Below, in pieces: positions 18,586-29,109 of a stretch of 64,000 nt of DNA. Numbering within the stretch: position 1 is the stretch's first letter; every line of letters begins with the position of its first letter. The stretch comes from Planctomycetota bacterium (GTDB taxonomy: Bacteria; Planctomycetota; B15-G4). The notes beneath the pieces are model-generated. The model was not told the DNA's origin, did no database searches, and was given only the letters and a program-made list of their open reading frames with translations. Position numbers and translations under genes: made by a program. Where the stretch lies: positions 1 to 64,000 of the forward strand of contig JBBQUR010000020.1 of assembly GCA_038212275.1 (NCBI GenBank), in the 5' to 3' direction.

Positions 18586-19731
18586 TCACGCGCTGCAGGC
18601 CGTCACCTCGTTACCGTTCGCGCCGAGCTGCCGCAGCAGAAAGTCGCCACCGTGGGCGGCCAGCAGCGCCTTGCACTCCTCCAGCCGCGCGTAGTCCTCC
18701 GTGCCGCGGAATTTCAGGGTCACGACGAAGCGGTGGCAGGCCCGGCCCGGTAGCCAGCGCGCCAGCAGCTCCAGCGTGCGCTCCGGGAAGGCGATGACGT
18801 CGCAGAGCAGCCAGTCCACCGGCGCGGCGGGGTCGGGCGCGTGCTTGAAGGCGTCGCCCTGCACGAAGGAGAGCAGCGGGTGCGCCATGAGGTCCTCGCG
18901 CAGCGGCGCGCGATCCACGGCCAGCACGGACGCACCGCGCGCCAGGGCCACCGCGCTCCAGCCGCCCGGCGACGCGCCGAGATCCAGCACGTGCTGGCCC
19001 GCTTCGATGCGCTGCCCGAGGTGCAACTCCGCTTCGAGCAGCTTGCGATAGGCGCGCGACGGCGGGCTGCGGTCCACGGGCACCTCGACCACGCCCGCAG
19101 GATGACGCGACAGGACGTGGCGCCACGTGTGCCGCAGCGCGGGCGGCGCCACCGAGATCCAGCCCTGCTCGAGGTCGGTGAGGAGCACCTGCACGAGCGC
19201 CTCCTGCGAGGACGAGGCGCTGCGCACGTCGTCGGAGACGAGGGCGCGATGCAGCACACGGCGACGCTCCTTGAGCCGCGCGAGCAACTGCTCGCGCACG
19301 AGCTGCGCACGGCCACCTCCCAGCTTGCTGCCGGGCACCGGCGCGGCCAGGACGTGCAGGCGCCACGGGCCGACGTGCGCGGCCAGCGCGTCCGCGACGA
19401 GCGTGACGCAAAGGTCGGCCCAGCGCGCGACGGACGGCGCCGTCACCGGCCGGGCGTCCGGCAGCACCTGCGTGGCGAAGGCCAGCGACGGGTCGGCCGA
19501 GGCCTGCGCGCCCGCCACGCGCAGCAGGCCGGGCGCGAGCACGTCGACGCCACAGCCGGGCAGCGCGCGACGGAGCTCGTCCCTCAGATGCTCGTCGCGA
19601 CCGGGTGCGGCCAGCAGCAGCGAGGCCCCGGTCGATGCGTCGCCGCGTGCATCGGCCCGCGTGTCGGCCCGCGTGTCGGGCGGCGAGACGTCGGGCGGCA
19701 GGACGTCGGGCGGCGGATCGCGAGGTGGCAT
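18586..19731 (-). CDS. RlmM-like 23S rRNA 2'-O-methyltransferase (FtsJ fold)
   Basis: PPSRAYRKLLEA, LDLGASPGGWS, VLAVDRAPL, GDAF, DWLLCD. Confidence 0.8.
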   Translation of the reverse strand: MPPRDPPPDVLPPDVSPPDTRADTRADARGDASTGASLLLAAPGRDEHLRDELRRALPGCGVDVLAPGLLRVAGAQASADPSLAFATQVLPDARPVTAPSVARWADLCVTLVADALAAHVGPWRLHVLAAPVPGSKLGGGRAQLVREQLLARLKERRRVLHRALVSDDVRSASSSQEALVQVLLTDLEQGWISVAPPALRHTWRHVLSRHPAGVVEVPVDRSPPSRAYRKLLEAELHLGQRIEAGQHVLDLGASPGGWSAVALARGASVLAVDRAPLREDLMAHPLLSFVQGDAFKHAPDPAAPVDWLLCDVIAFPERTLELLARWLPGRACHRFVVTLKFRGTEDYARLEECKALLAAHGGDFLLRQLGANGNEVTACSA

Positions 19732-19866
19732 GGGGACATCTTCACGATGCGCGTCGTCCGCGCATAGAATGCGCGTGCCGAGCAGGACATGGCTCGACGT
19801 GGACGCGATCGCACGATCCGTCCGGCGTGGTCCGCTGCCACGCGCCGACTCCCGGAACCGCTGCCG

Positions 19867-20007
19867 ATGAATGCCGTGCTGGCCTATCTGAAGACGCACA
19901 AGCTGGCCTGGATGCTGCCCATCCTGCTGTTCCTCGTGCTGCTGCTGGTCATCGCGTGGAAGATCGCGCAGACGCCTGACGATCCCTTCGCGTATCGGAG
20001 CTACTGA
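19867..20007 (+). CDS. Small single-TM protein, DUF5989-like (46 aa)
   Basis: MNAVLAYLKTHKLAWMLPILLFLVLLLVIAW..DDPFAYRSY resembles the DUF5989 pattern (K.WWL.P....PF.Y); 4 bp before the SGNH gene. Confidence 0.65.
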   Translation: MNAVLAYLKTHKLAWMLPILLFLVLLLVIAWKIAQTPDDPFAYRSY

Positions 20008-20011
20008 CGGC

Positions 20012-21646
20012 GTGACCGCGCCAGCCGGCGAGCGCAAGCCTTCGCGCGGGCGCCTGGCCGGCCTGCTGCTGGGGCTGCTGCCGCTGCTCGCGCTGCTGCT
20101 CGTGTCGGAGGCTGCGCTGTGGCTGGCAGGCGCGGGCGATCCGGGCGAGCGTCGCGCGTTGCGCGCAGGCTTCGACGATCAGGCCAGCTACTTCGTGCCG
20201 GACCCCGACGTCCCCGGCGGCTGGCGCACGCAGATGTACGTCGGCGACAACGAGCAGCACCCCGAGGTGATCATCCCGCCGAAGAGCGCTCGGCTGCGCG
20301 TGCTGCTGTTCGGCGGGAGCAACACCGAGGGATTTCCCACGGAATTCATCCGGCAGCAGCTTCAGGCGGCGCTCGCCACCGGCGACGTGGAGGGTTCGGC
20401 CGACGTCTCGCGAACCCCGGGGGCACCGCTGGCCTCCGTCGAGGTCATCAACCTCGGGCGGCACGGCTATGGCAGCGAGCGCATCGCCATCCTGTTCCGG
20501 CAGGCTTTCGTGCTGCAACCCGACGTCGTCTTCCTCTACATGGGCCACAACGAGTTCGTCGAGCGCGGCTTCGCGATGGAACTCGCGCAGCAGTGGAGCG
20601 CGCCATGGCAGTCGCGCCTCGCGGACGGACTGGCGCACCTGCGCACGCTCAACGTCGCCGTCGAGGCGCTGCGGCAGATGTCCGCGCCGGGGACAGGCGC
20701 CGGCCGGACGCCCGAGGCTCGCGCCGATCGCGGCCCCGAGTTCGACGCCTTGCAGCACGATCAGACGGAGATTTTCTTCGACGTGTACCGCCAGCGCTAC
20801 GAGGGCATGCTCGCCCTTGCGGCCGAGGCCGGCGTGCCCGTGCTGATCTCCACGGTCATCGGCAACGACTTCGACCCGCCCTGCCGCATGAATTTCGCGC
20901 CGAAGTACACGCAGGCACAGATCGACGCCTGCCTCGCCGCGCGCGGCCTTGCGCTGGAGTGCATTCCTCCGCGCTACCTCCCCGGCCTGATCCAGACGCG
21001 CGCCGACGATCCGGTGATTCACCTGCGCCCCACGAACTGGGGCGAGTCGCTGTCCGCGCAGAAGCAGGCCGCGCGCCGCAAGCTCAACGCGGGCACCGTC
21101 CCTCCCACGCTGCGCACGCTGCTGCCGCCGCTGGATCACGGGCCGTTCTGGACCGACCCGGCACTGTGGGACGCGGAGACGTCGACGCTGCTCGGCACCT
21201 TCGCCGCCGTCGTCGCCCGCGCACCGACGGAGCTGGAACGCCTCGCTCTGGTCACGGCCGCAGAGCGCTTCGAGGAGGCCAGGAAGCTCGCGCCGGAGCA
21301 CGCCTTCACGCTCTTCGAGCAGGGCCTGTGCGTCTACCTCCTCGGCGGGACGTCACCTCGCGCCGAGAAGCTGCTGCGCGAGGCCGCGCGCGCCGACTGC
21401 TCACCCACGCGCGGCAACGACCTCAGCAACGACATCGTGCGGCAGCTTGCCGACGCGCACCCCGAGTGCGCCTTCGTCGACGCCGAAGCATGGATGCGGA
21501 GCTGCTTCCCGGACCGGCTCATCGGCTACGAGGTCATGATGGACAACTGCCACATGCACGCGCGCGTGCTGCCCTTCGTCATGGACCGCTTCGTGCCGCC
21601 GCTCGCGGCGCTTGCGCGCGGCGTGCTCGCGGAGCGCCAGCGCTGA
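20012..21646 (+). CDS. Membrane-anchored SGNH/GDSL-like hydrolase with TPR-like insert
   Basis: N-terminal TM; blocks LLFGGSNT, VINLGRHGYGS, YMGHNEF, MDNCH. Confidence 0.75.
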   Translation: MTAPAGERKPSRGRLAGLLLGLLPLLALLLVSEAALWLAGAGDPGERRALRAGFDDQASYFVPDPDVPGGWRTQMYVGDNEQHPEVIIPPKSARLRVLLFGGSNTEGFPTEFIRQQLQAALATGDVEGSADVSRTPGAPLASVEVINLGRHGYGSERIAILFRQAFVLQPDVVFLYMGHNEFVERGFAMELAQQWSAPWQSRLADGLAHLRTLNVAVEALRQMSAPGTGAGRTPEARADRGPEFDALQHDQTEIFFDVYRQRYEGMLALAAEAGVPVLISTVIGNDFDPPCRMNFAPKYTQAQIDACLAARGLALECIPPRYLPGLIQTRADDPVIHLRPTNWGESLSAQKQAARRKLNAGTVPPTLRTLLPPLDHGPFWTDPALWDAETSTLLGTFAAVVARAPTELERLALVTAAERFEEARKLAPEHAFTLFEQGLCVYLLGGTSPRAEKLLREAARADCSPTRGNDLSNDIVRQLADAHPECAFVDAEAWMRSCFPDRLIGYEVMMDNCHMHARVLPFVMDRFVPPLAALARGVLAERQR

Positions 21647-21682
21647 TGTGCGCGAAGCGCACGGCGCTGATGTGCGCGAAGC
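21641..21682. repeat. 18-bp direct repeat (cgctgatgtgcgcgaagc) including the stop codon
   Basis: Copies at 21641-21658 and 21665-21682. Confidence 0.8.
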
Positions 21683-21719
21683 ATGGAGGCGCTGAACGGT
21701 GCGCCGCGCGGCGGCCGCT

Positions 21720-24700
21720 TCAGGGCACCGAGCAGACCACGCACTTGAGTCCATTGCTGAAGCGCACCGGCCAGGGCGCCGGCTGATTCTGCGCGAAGGC
21801 CTGAAAGTGGAGGCTCACGCCCAGAAGTGCGGGCTCTTCGGGCAGCATGCCGCTGAGCACCGAATCCCCCGCCGCGCCGAACGGGATGGGGAGTTGCACG
21901 AGATTGGCTCCGCCCACCAGGAACTTGCCGCCGAGCAGCGGCACATTGCCGGGAAGAAAGGCCAGCATGAGCATGCCGGGACTCGGCCCCTGCGCGCCGG
22001 AGACGCGCAGCGTGAAGGGCAGACCCACGAAGGCCGGGTCCGGCGCCTCGAGCACCAGCGTGTGCGGACCACCGAGATCCGTGCCGTACGCCTCGGGCTC
22101 GCAGCCTGCCGGCGCCGCCGGCGCCAGCACGCGCAGCTCGCCCGCACTCGTGTAGTGGCGCGAGCCGGCCGGCACGCCCGAGATGCGCACCGCATCGGCG
22201 AGCGTCGGCGTAATCGACAGCAGGTGCGACTCGTAGGACACGCCGTCGAGCCCGCCGTACTCCGGTGAGCTGACGAGCCCGGGCGCCTCCACCCAGGGCC
22301 CCTGCTCTCCGTTCCGCACCTCGACCTTCAGCGTGCCGGCGACGAAGGCGCCGCCGAGGACGGAATCCCGCCCCTCCTTGTAGAACAGTCCCGTGATCAG
22401 GCGCTTCAAGGGAAAGGCGTAGCCAAGCCAGTCCTCGGCGCCCTGGTCGCCGCCGTGCGCCGTGTCGAACTGTCCGATCAGGCTGCTGCTGCCTTCGGGC
22501 GGATAACTGCCGTCGCGCATCACCTCGGGATCGTGATTGCCGGCGCCGGTCGGATGCGGCGGCGACAGCGTGAAGACCTTGGCGAGGATCGTCGTCGCCT
22601 GGTCGGTGATGTCGCGCACGGCGAGGACGGGCTTGATGCGCACGAGCTGCGCGCGCAGTTCCGCGCAGGTGACGTAGTGCGCGCTGCCGCCGGGCGCGCC
22701 GCGCAGACGGATCGCGTCTCCGAAGATCGGATCGAAGTGCAGCGTGTAGGTGTCGAAGCCGTGCCCGTCGAAGCCCGGTTGTCCGGCGAGCTCGAACGGA
22801 TACGCGGGCTGGCTGGAGACATTCCCGACCGCCGTCCACACGCCTTCGTCGCGGACCTCCACGTGGAAGGAGCTGAACCAGCCGCCGCCCTGCGTGTGCA
22901 GGCCCTCCTGGAAGACGAGGCCGATGAAGCGCTGCTCCGGGGCGGGTGGCGCGTCCAGTTCGTAGCCCAGCCAGACGTCATTCGGGTCGCCGGCGGGATT
23001 CAGCGTGTCGAACTGCTGCAGCGGATCGGTGGTGCCGGGAGGAGGAAAGTTTCCGTCGCGCAAGATCTCGAGATCGTGCTGGCCGGGACCCTGCGAGCCC
23101 GGCGGAGTCAGCAGATCCGTCGACGCCATCGGCAGCATGGAGCCGGTGAGATCCTGGACATCAGACTCTGCGTAGACGAAGACGTGCGTGCGGCCGACCG
23201 CTCCCAGCGGATCGGAGGCGGCCAGTTCGATGCGGTGATAGATGAGCGAACCCTCGCTCCCGTGCAGGTCCAGCACGATCTCGGCGGTTGGCTCCGTGGC
23301 GTGGAAGCTGCCCGGATGCACGTGCGTGTTGTGATAGAGATCCGCGGTCCACTCCCACGCGGAGATCGGCTCGTCGTCGGGATCGGTGGCGTCGCCGACG
23401 AGCGGCAGCGTCGCGGGCGCCACGAAGGTGGTGCCCGGCACAGGCGCCAGGATGCGCGGGATGGGCGGCGCATCGCCCGCCGTGACGAGCACCGGAGAGG
23501 CGGTGGCCGAGAGGCCCAGCGAATCCGTCACCGTCAGGCGCACCTCGAAGACTCCGACACGGTCCCAGCTGTGAGAGGGCTGAAGTTCCGTCGAGGGCGG
23601 GCTGCCGTCGCCCCAGTCCCAGGACACGGTGATCGCATCGCCGTCAGGGTCGGCGCTGCCCGCAGCGCTCCACGAGACGTCGAGCGGCAGCGGCCCCGCC
23701 GTCGGCGTCAGCGCAACGGGCACGGGCACCGGCGTGAGATTGTCGACGCCGTAGCGCAGGCGATGGATGCGCTGCCCGAAAATGTCGGTGTAGTACAGCT
23801 CGCCGGTGACCGGGTGCATCGCGAGGTGCGTGGGCGAGTGGATCCCCTCGGCGAAATCGCGCACGCCCAGCAGGCTGCCGTCGGGCGCGAGGTCCACCTG
23901 GCGGATCCACTCCTGGCCGTAGTCGTAGATGAAGAGCCGGCCCTGGTACTCGGCCGGATAGGCCGTGCCGGTGTACACCGGGCCTGCCAGCGCGCAGCTT
24001 CCCGTGAAGCCGCCGAGCGGAACTCCCGCCGCGTCGACGTGCAGGCCGACCGGCACGAGCAACTCCTTGTTGTAGTGATGCCACGAGAGCGCGGGCGCGG
24101 TGAGCACGCCGGGACCCGCCGTCCCGCAGCCCGGAACTCCGGGCTGGGTGGGCGTCACCCCTTGATACATCGTGTTGACATCCGTGCCTTCGAAGCACGG
24201 CCAGCCGAAGTTCTCGCCGCCACGGCAGATGTTGAGGTCTTCGCGGGTGTTCCAGCCGACATCGCCCACGTAGAGCAGACCGGGTCGCCCCTGCGCAGGG
24301 TCCGCGAAGCCCGTGCCCGGCTTGAGCGTCATGCGGTACGGGTTGCGGAGGCCCAGCGCCCACACGCGGCTGCGGAGGCTGCCGACATTGCCGTCGTAGA
24401 AGGGATTGCTGGGCAGGCCGCGGCCCGTTTCCGGATCCAGGCGCAGCACCTTGCCCGCGAGGCTGTTCAGCTGCTGGGAGCGGAAGGCGCCGACATCCTG
24501 CGCCTTGGGGATCGGGCCGTGCAGGCCCGTGACGGGATGCACGAAGTCGTCGAAGCCGGCATCGTCCGCGCCGCCCGCATCCACGAAATCATAATGCGCG
24601 CCGTCCCCCGCGGAGACGAGCAGCGTGCCGTCGGCGCCGAAGACGAGCGTGCCGTTGGAGTGGCTGTGGTGCAGCGACGCGATGCCGTCTGGCACCGTGC

Positions 24701-25220
24701 CGTCGGGGAGCTGATGTCCCAGCAGCACCTGGCGGCTGCTCTCGACGGCGACGATGTCGCCCTCCTCGTCCACCTGCGTCCGGTAGCGGGTCAGGCGCGA
24801 GAAGCTGTACTGGTCGTTCTCGTTGTAGGTGAAGTCCTTGCCGGACTCGGGCGAGACCAGGTAGAGCAGGTAGACCCAGCTCGTGCTGCCGGAGTCGGGC
24901 TTCCAGCCGGGGTGCAGCGCGAAGCCGAGCAGGCCGCGATCGAGGTCGTTGTTCACCTCGTCCGCGAGGTAAATCAGCGGCTTGACGCGCAGGGTTCCGG
25001 ACGCGTCGTACACCCGCACGACGCCCTGCTTCTGCACCACGAAAAGCGTGCCGTCGGGCGCGAAGGTGAGATTCACGAGGATGATGAAATCGTCGGGCAG
25101 CTCGAGGTCTTCGAAGTGAGGAGGCAGCACCTCGTCATGGGCGCGAACAGCCGGCGCCGCGAGGGACAGCGCGACCGCGCAGAGGACAAGCAGGCCCGCG
25201 GTGCGCGCCGCCAACGCCAT
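21720..25220 (-). CDS. Secreted PQQ-dependent sugar dehydrogenase-like (GSDH) protein with PKD domain, two CBM-like repeats and shared CTD
   Basis: DRGLLGFALHP, H.NG.LVFGADG.L, GKVLRLD, ALGLRNPYR, GDVGWN.RE, GGENFGWP; PKD DPDGD...WDWGDG...LTVTDSLG. Confidence 0.85.
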   Translation of the reverse strand: MALAARTAGLLVLCAVALSLAAPAVRAHDEVLPPHFEDLELPDDFIILVNLTFAPDGTLFVVQKQGVVRVYDASGTLRVKPLIYLADEVNNDLDRGLLGFALHPGWKPDSGSTSWVYLLYLVSPESGKDFTYNENDQYSFSRLTRYRTQVDEEGDIVAVESSRQVLLGHQLPDGTVPDGIASLHHSHSNGTLVFGADGTLLVSAGDGAHYDFVDAGGADDAGFDDFVHPVTGLHGPIPKAQDVGAFRSQQLNSLAGKVLRLDPETGRGLPSNPFYDGNVGSLRSRVWALGLRNPYRMTLKPGTGFADPAQGRPGLLYVGDVGWNTREDLNICRGGENFGWPCFEGTDVNTMYQGVTPTQPGVPGCGTAGPGVLTAPALSWHHYNKELLVPVGLHVDAAGVPLGGFTGSCALAGPVYTGTAYPAEYQGRLFIYDYGQEWIRQVDLAPDGSLLGVRDFAEGIHSPTHLAMHPVTGELYYTDIFGQRIHRLRYGVDNLTPVPVPVALTPTAGPLPLDVSWSAAGSADPDGDAITVSWDWGDGSPPSTELQPSHSWDRVGVFEVRLTVTDSLGLSATASPVLVTAGDAPPIPRILAPVPGTTFVAPATLPLVGDATDPDDEPISAWEWTADLYHNTHVHPGSFHATEPTAEIVLDLHGSEGSLIYHRIELAASDPLGAVGRTHVFVYAESDVQDLTGSMLPMASTDLLTPPGSQGPGQHDLEILRDGNFPPPGTTDPLQQFDTLNPAGDPNDVWLGYELDAPPAPEQRFIGLVFQEGLHTQGGGWFSSFHVEVRDEGVWTAVGNVSSQPAYPFELAGQPGFDGHGFDTYTLHFDPIFGDAIRLRGAPGGSAHYVTCAELRAQLVRIKPVLAVRDITDQATTILAKVFTLSPPHPTGAGNHDPEVMRDGSYPPEGSSSLIGQFDTAHGGDQGAEDWLGYAFPLKRLITGLFYKEGRDSVLGGAFVAGTLKVEVRNGEQGPWVEAPGLVSSPEYGGLDGVSYESHLLSITPTLADAVRISGVPAGSRHYTSAGELRVLAPAAPAGCEPEAYGTDLGGPHTLVLEAPDPAFVGLPFTLRVSGAQGPSPGMLMLAFLPGNVPLLGGKFLVGGANLVQLPIPFGAAGDSVLSGMLPEEPALLGVSLHFQAFAQNQPAPWPVRFSNGLKCVVCSVP

Positions 25221-25590
25221 GAGCCGCTCAGGAAGGGAGACCGCGGCGCCCCATCGAGCGGGACGGGGGAATGGGCGGCGGGCGGCCATGTTTCTGCATC
25301 TCGGGTGGGAATTGCGTCGGAGCGGGTATCGGCACTTTCGCGGCGGCATGCGCAGCTCTTGCGGCGGTTCACGAGCCTGACCGTGAGCTCGGCAGGACAT
25401 GCTCGCGGACACGTGGCGCGTGTCCGATCGCGTGCTGCCGAAGGGCTTCGGTGTCGTCGAGTTCCGTGAACATCGTGGTGGTGGGCGACGGCGGCGCGGC
25501 ATTCTACGGGCGGTCGCCGAAACGCGCAGCCGGCGGATTCCGGCGCCGGCGACGGTGCGTCGCGCCACCTCGGCCGCTACCGTAGCGCCC

Positions 25591-27231
25591 ATGGCGACAC
25601 CGGCCCCCATCCCCGCGCGCATGCCGCGGCAGATCCCGTTCATCATCGCGAACGAGGGCTGCGAGCGCTTCAGCTTCTACGGGATGCGCAACATCCTGAC
25701 CACGTTCCTGGCCGGCGCCTTCTTCGCCGGCCTGACGACGGCGGAGGCCGAGAGCGAAGCCAAGGACATCTTTCACGTCTTCGTGCTGGGCGTGTACTTC
25801 TTCCCGTTGCTGGGCGGCTGGCTGTCGGACCGCTTCTTCGGCAAGTACCGCACCATCCTGTGGGTCTCGCTCATCTACTGCCTGGGGCATGCATGCCTCG
25901 CGGCGTACGAGGACGTGCCCGGCGGCTTCTACTTCGGGCTGTTCCTCATCGCGCTGGGGTCGGGCGGCATCAAGCCGCTGGTGTCCACGTTCATGGGCGA
26001 CCAGTTCGACCAGCGCAACAAGCACCTGGCCAAGGTCGCCTTCGACGGCTTCTACTGGATCATCAATTTCGGGTCCTTCTTCGCGTCGCTCGTGATGCCC
26101 AAGCTGCTGCAGGGCTGGGGCCCCGCCGCGTGGTGGGGACTCTCGCCGGCGTCGGTGGCCTTCGGGATCCCCGGCATCCTCATGGCCATCGCCACGCTGT
26201 TCTTCTGGATCGGGCGCAGGCGCTACGTGATGGTGCCGCAGACGCCGCCGGATCCGCACTCGTTCGCGTGCGTGGTGCGCACCGCGCTCACGGCCCGCGG
26301 CGGCAGCCCGGGCGTCGCGGGCAGTCGAGGCGGCGTCGCGGGCGGCGACGGGGGCAGCCGCCCGGGCCTCGTGGTCGCCTGCCTCGGCGGGTTGTTCGCG
26401 CTCGGCTCGATCGCGCTCATTCCCCTGCTGCACTGGACCAGCGGCAAGGACATCGTCATCGCGCTCTGCCTCGCCCTGGTGTTCGTGCTCATCGGCGTGG
26501 GCACCGGCGCGTGGATGCAGCTCGAGCGCGCGCGCGGCAGCCATCCCGACGAGGCCGTGGACGGCGTGCGCTCCGTGCTCCGCGTGCTGGTGATCTTCGC
26601 GCTGGTCACGCCCTTCTGGTCACTCTTCGACCAGAAGGCCTCCACCTGGGTCTTCCAGGCCGGCGAGATGACCAAGCCCGACTGGTTCAGTCCGGCGCAG
26701 ATGCAGGCCGTCAACCCGGCGCTGGTGCTGCTGCTCATCCCCTTCAACAATCTCGTCGTCTATCCCTTCATGCGGCGCCGCGGCCGCGAGCCGAGCCAGC
26801 TGGGTCGCATGGGACTGGGCATCGCGCTCTCCGGCGCGTCGTGGATTGCCGCCGGCTCGCTGCAGCTCGTGCTCGACGCCGGGCAGCCCGTTTCCATCGC
26901 GTGGCAGCTCCTGCCGTATCTGCTGCTCACGGCGGGCGAGGTGCTGGTGTCGGCGACGGGCCTCGAGTTCGCCTACAGCCAGGCGCCGCCCGCGATGAAG
27001 GGCGTCATCATGAGCTTCTGGAGCCTGGCGGTGACCGTCGGCAATCTGTGGGTGCTCATTGTGAATGCCGCCGTGAAGAACGATGCCGTCAACGAGGCCA
27101 TCCTCGGCACGGGCCTGTCCCTCATCGCCTTCCAGATGTTCTTCTTCGCGGCCTTCGCCTTCGCCGCGGCGCTGGCCTTCCACGCCGTCGCGCGCCGCTA
27201 CCGCATGGTGGACAACTACCGGCGAGCCTGA
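25591..27231 (+). CDS. POT/PTR family proton-coupled oligopeptide transporter
   Basis: NEGCERFSFYGMR (ExxERFxxYG), GGWLSDRFFG, GSGGIKP, FYWIINFGS, LEFAYSQAP. Confidence 0.95.
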   Translation: MATPAPIPARMPRQIPFIIANEGCERFSFYGMRNILTTFLAGAFFAGLTTAEAESEAKDIFHVFVLGVYFFPLLGGWLSDRFFGKYRTILWVSLIYCLGHACLAAYEDVPGGFYFGLFLIALGSGGIKPLVSTFMGDQFDQRNKHLAKVAFDGFYWIINFGSFFASLVMPKLLQGWGPAAWWGLSPASVAFGIPGILMAIATLFFWIGRRRYVMVPQTPPDPHSFACVVRTALTARGGSPGVAGSRGGVAGGDGGSRPGLVVACLGGLFALGSIALIPLLHWTSGKDIVIALCLALVFVLIGVGTGAWMQLERARGSHPDEAVDGVRSVLRVLVIFALVTPFWSLFDQKASTWVFQAGEMTKPDWFSPAQMQAVNPALVLLLIPFNNLVVYPFMRRRGREPSQLGRMGLGIALSGASWIAAGSLQLVLDAGQPVSIAWQLLPYLLLTAGEVLVSATGLEFAYSQAPPAMKGVIMSFWSLAVTVGNLWVLIVNAAVKNDAVNEAILGTGLSLIAFQMFFFAAFAFAAALAFHAVARRYRMVDNYRRA

Positions 27232-27378
27232 GCGCCCGATTCGACAGCGACACGCACGCGCGTCCCGAGCTGCGCGCTTCAGCCGCTGATCGCACAACGG
27301 ATCCGGCAGCAGATCGCAGGGCCGTCGGGTGCCGCCCATCCATCTCATGCTCGGCCACGGGAAGGATGCCGCGCCGGC

Positions 27379-29109
27379 TCACTGCCAGTGCACGTCCTGC
27401 CCTACCGGACACTCCACCTGGAAGACGTAGGCGATCGTGGTGGGGCTGCCGGCGGCCGCGTCGAGCGTCCAGCGCAGCATGCCGGACTTGGGATCGAGCG
27501 TGTGCGGGCGGCTGGACTCGAGGAACGTGACCTGAATCTCCGCGGTGGTCGAGACGGGAATCTGGTCCGTCACCTCGACCTCGACGGCGCGCTGGTTGAA
27601 ACTCTCGACCACGATCTCGTAGCGATACGTGATGACCTGCGACAGGCGGAAGGCCTCGGGCCCCTTGACGGTGCGCGAGACGAGATGCCTGTCCACGATG
27701 AGGCCGTCGTCCGGGCCGAAGCCGAAGGCGAGGCCCTCGTTCTGTGCGGCGCCGGACTGCTGCGATGTGCCGATGTAGGACTCGTCGCCGAAGATGGCCA
27801 CGCTGCCCTCGAGGATCGGGTGGCCCGTCGTGTTCACGATCTCGCCCTGCAGCAGCACCGAGTTGCCCAGCGCGGGTGTCGCCACGTACTTCAGCTTCGC
27901 GGGCACGGTTGCGCTGAAGGCCACGACCTTGTGTGGCGCCGAGTTGAACGGGATCGACTCGCGCTGCGCAACTTCGTAGCGCACCGCGGCGAAGCGGTCC
28001 ACGAGCCTGGACATCGCGTTGCGGATCACGTCCGCGTTGAGGCCGTACTGGACCAGCGCCTGCTCGCTGTAGCGCGACAGCAGCTCAAGGTTCCGGCGGA
28101 AGGTCTCGCGATCCTGGCGCCGCTGGAAGCGCCCCGTCATCCACTTCTGCAGCGAGCCCTGCGCCACGGCGTTGAGCACTCCCACCTCCTGCGCGATCTT
28201 GATCATCTGCGTCGCATCGAGGCTGGCCTGCATCGGCGTGAGTTCGGGCAGCGCGAGTTCCAGGTCCGGCCGGGTCATCGCCAGCGACAGCTCCACGTCG
28301 TCCCAGGCCTCGCCCGTCCACTGCATGACCTGGCCGTAGCCGGTGATTTCGATCTGCTCCGTCGCGCGGTCGAGGTGCACGTCGTAGCTGGGCTTCCACA
28401 CGGCCCCCTCGACCATGTAGTGGATCTCGACGCGCGTCGGACCGCCGGTCTCGGAGTGGAACGAGACAAGCGCCTCCTTGACCTCCAACGGCTGGCGGCC
28501 GGCGAATTCCTTGCGCTCGTCGCTGCGCGCGGAGAGCTCCTTGCCCAGGCTGCGCTCGTGCGCCTCGATGGCGCGACGCTGATCGTCGCAGCGCTGGAGG
28601 CCGGCATCCACGAAGGCGAGCACGTTCTCCCACTCCGCGACGGTGGGCCGGCTGTCGGTCAGCTCGCGCGTCATGTCGCCGCCCAGCCGGCCCTTTACCG
28701 ACGCGTAGAACGCGGCCTGCTCCGCCAGCCGCGCCTTGCCATCCGACTCCGCCGACAGCTCATCCGTCAGCTCCTGGATGCGCGCATCCAGCACGTTGAT
28801 TTCCTCCGAGACCGACTCGTTGAGGAACACCTTCTGGATCTCGGTGCCGGCGATCCGCGCCCCCGCGGAGACGCTGGCTCGCAGCGTGTTCGGATTGAGA
28901 AGCGGAATGAGATTGAGAAAGCGCACGGCATTGAGGCCAGGCACCGCTTCCACGCTGATCTCCCGCGTGACCTCCGCGTGCTCCGGGTACACGACGACAT
29001 GCGTGATGCGCGAGGCGCCGGGGGCCGGCGGCTGCGGGGTGGCGGGCGGCTGCTGCACGAAGCTTGCGGCCAGCATCAGCGGCACGACGAAGAGGTCATT
29101 CCCGAACAT
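27379..29109 (-). CDS. DUF4140/DUF4139 (MuiA-like) exported protein
   Basis: ITHVVVYPEHAEVTR, WKPSYDVHL, QWTGEAWDDVELSL, VTDQIPVS. Confidence 0.85.
   Translation of the reverse strand: MFGNDLFVVPLMLAASFVQQPPATPQPPAPGASRITHVVVYPEHAEVTREISVEAVPGLNAVRFLNLIPLLNPNTLRASVSAGARIAGTEIQKVFLNESVSEEINVLDARIQELTDELSAESDGKARLAEQAAFYASVKGRLGGDMTRELTDSRPTVAEWENVLAFVDAGLQRCDDQRRAIEAHERSLGKELSARSDERKEFAGRQPLEVKEALVSFHSETGGPTRVEIHYMVEGAVWKPSYDVHLDRATEQIEITGYGQVMQWTGEAWDDVELSLAMTRPDLELALPELTPMQASLDATQMIKIAQEVGVLNAVAQGSLQKWMTGRFQRRQDRETFRRNLELLSRYSEQALVQYGLNADVIRNAMSRLVDRFAAVRYEVAQRESIPFNSAPHKVVAFSATVPAKLKYVATPALGNSVLLQGEIVNTTGHPILEGSVAIFGDESYIGTSQQSGAAQNEGLAFGFGPDDGLIVDRHLVSRTVKGPEAFRLSQVITYRYEIVVESFNQRAVEVEVTDQIPVSTTAEIQVTFLESSRPHTLDPKSGMLRWTLDAAAGSPTTIAYVFQVECPVGQDVHWQ

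Noticed and set aside
19739..19745. Single TCTTCAC half-site (also near 36744 and 47708)
   Set aside because: No second half-site at 11-bp spacing; lone heptamers are expected by chance.
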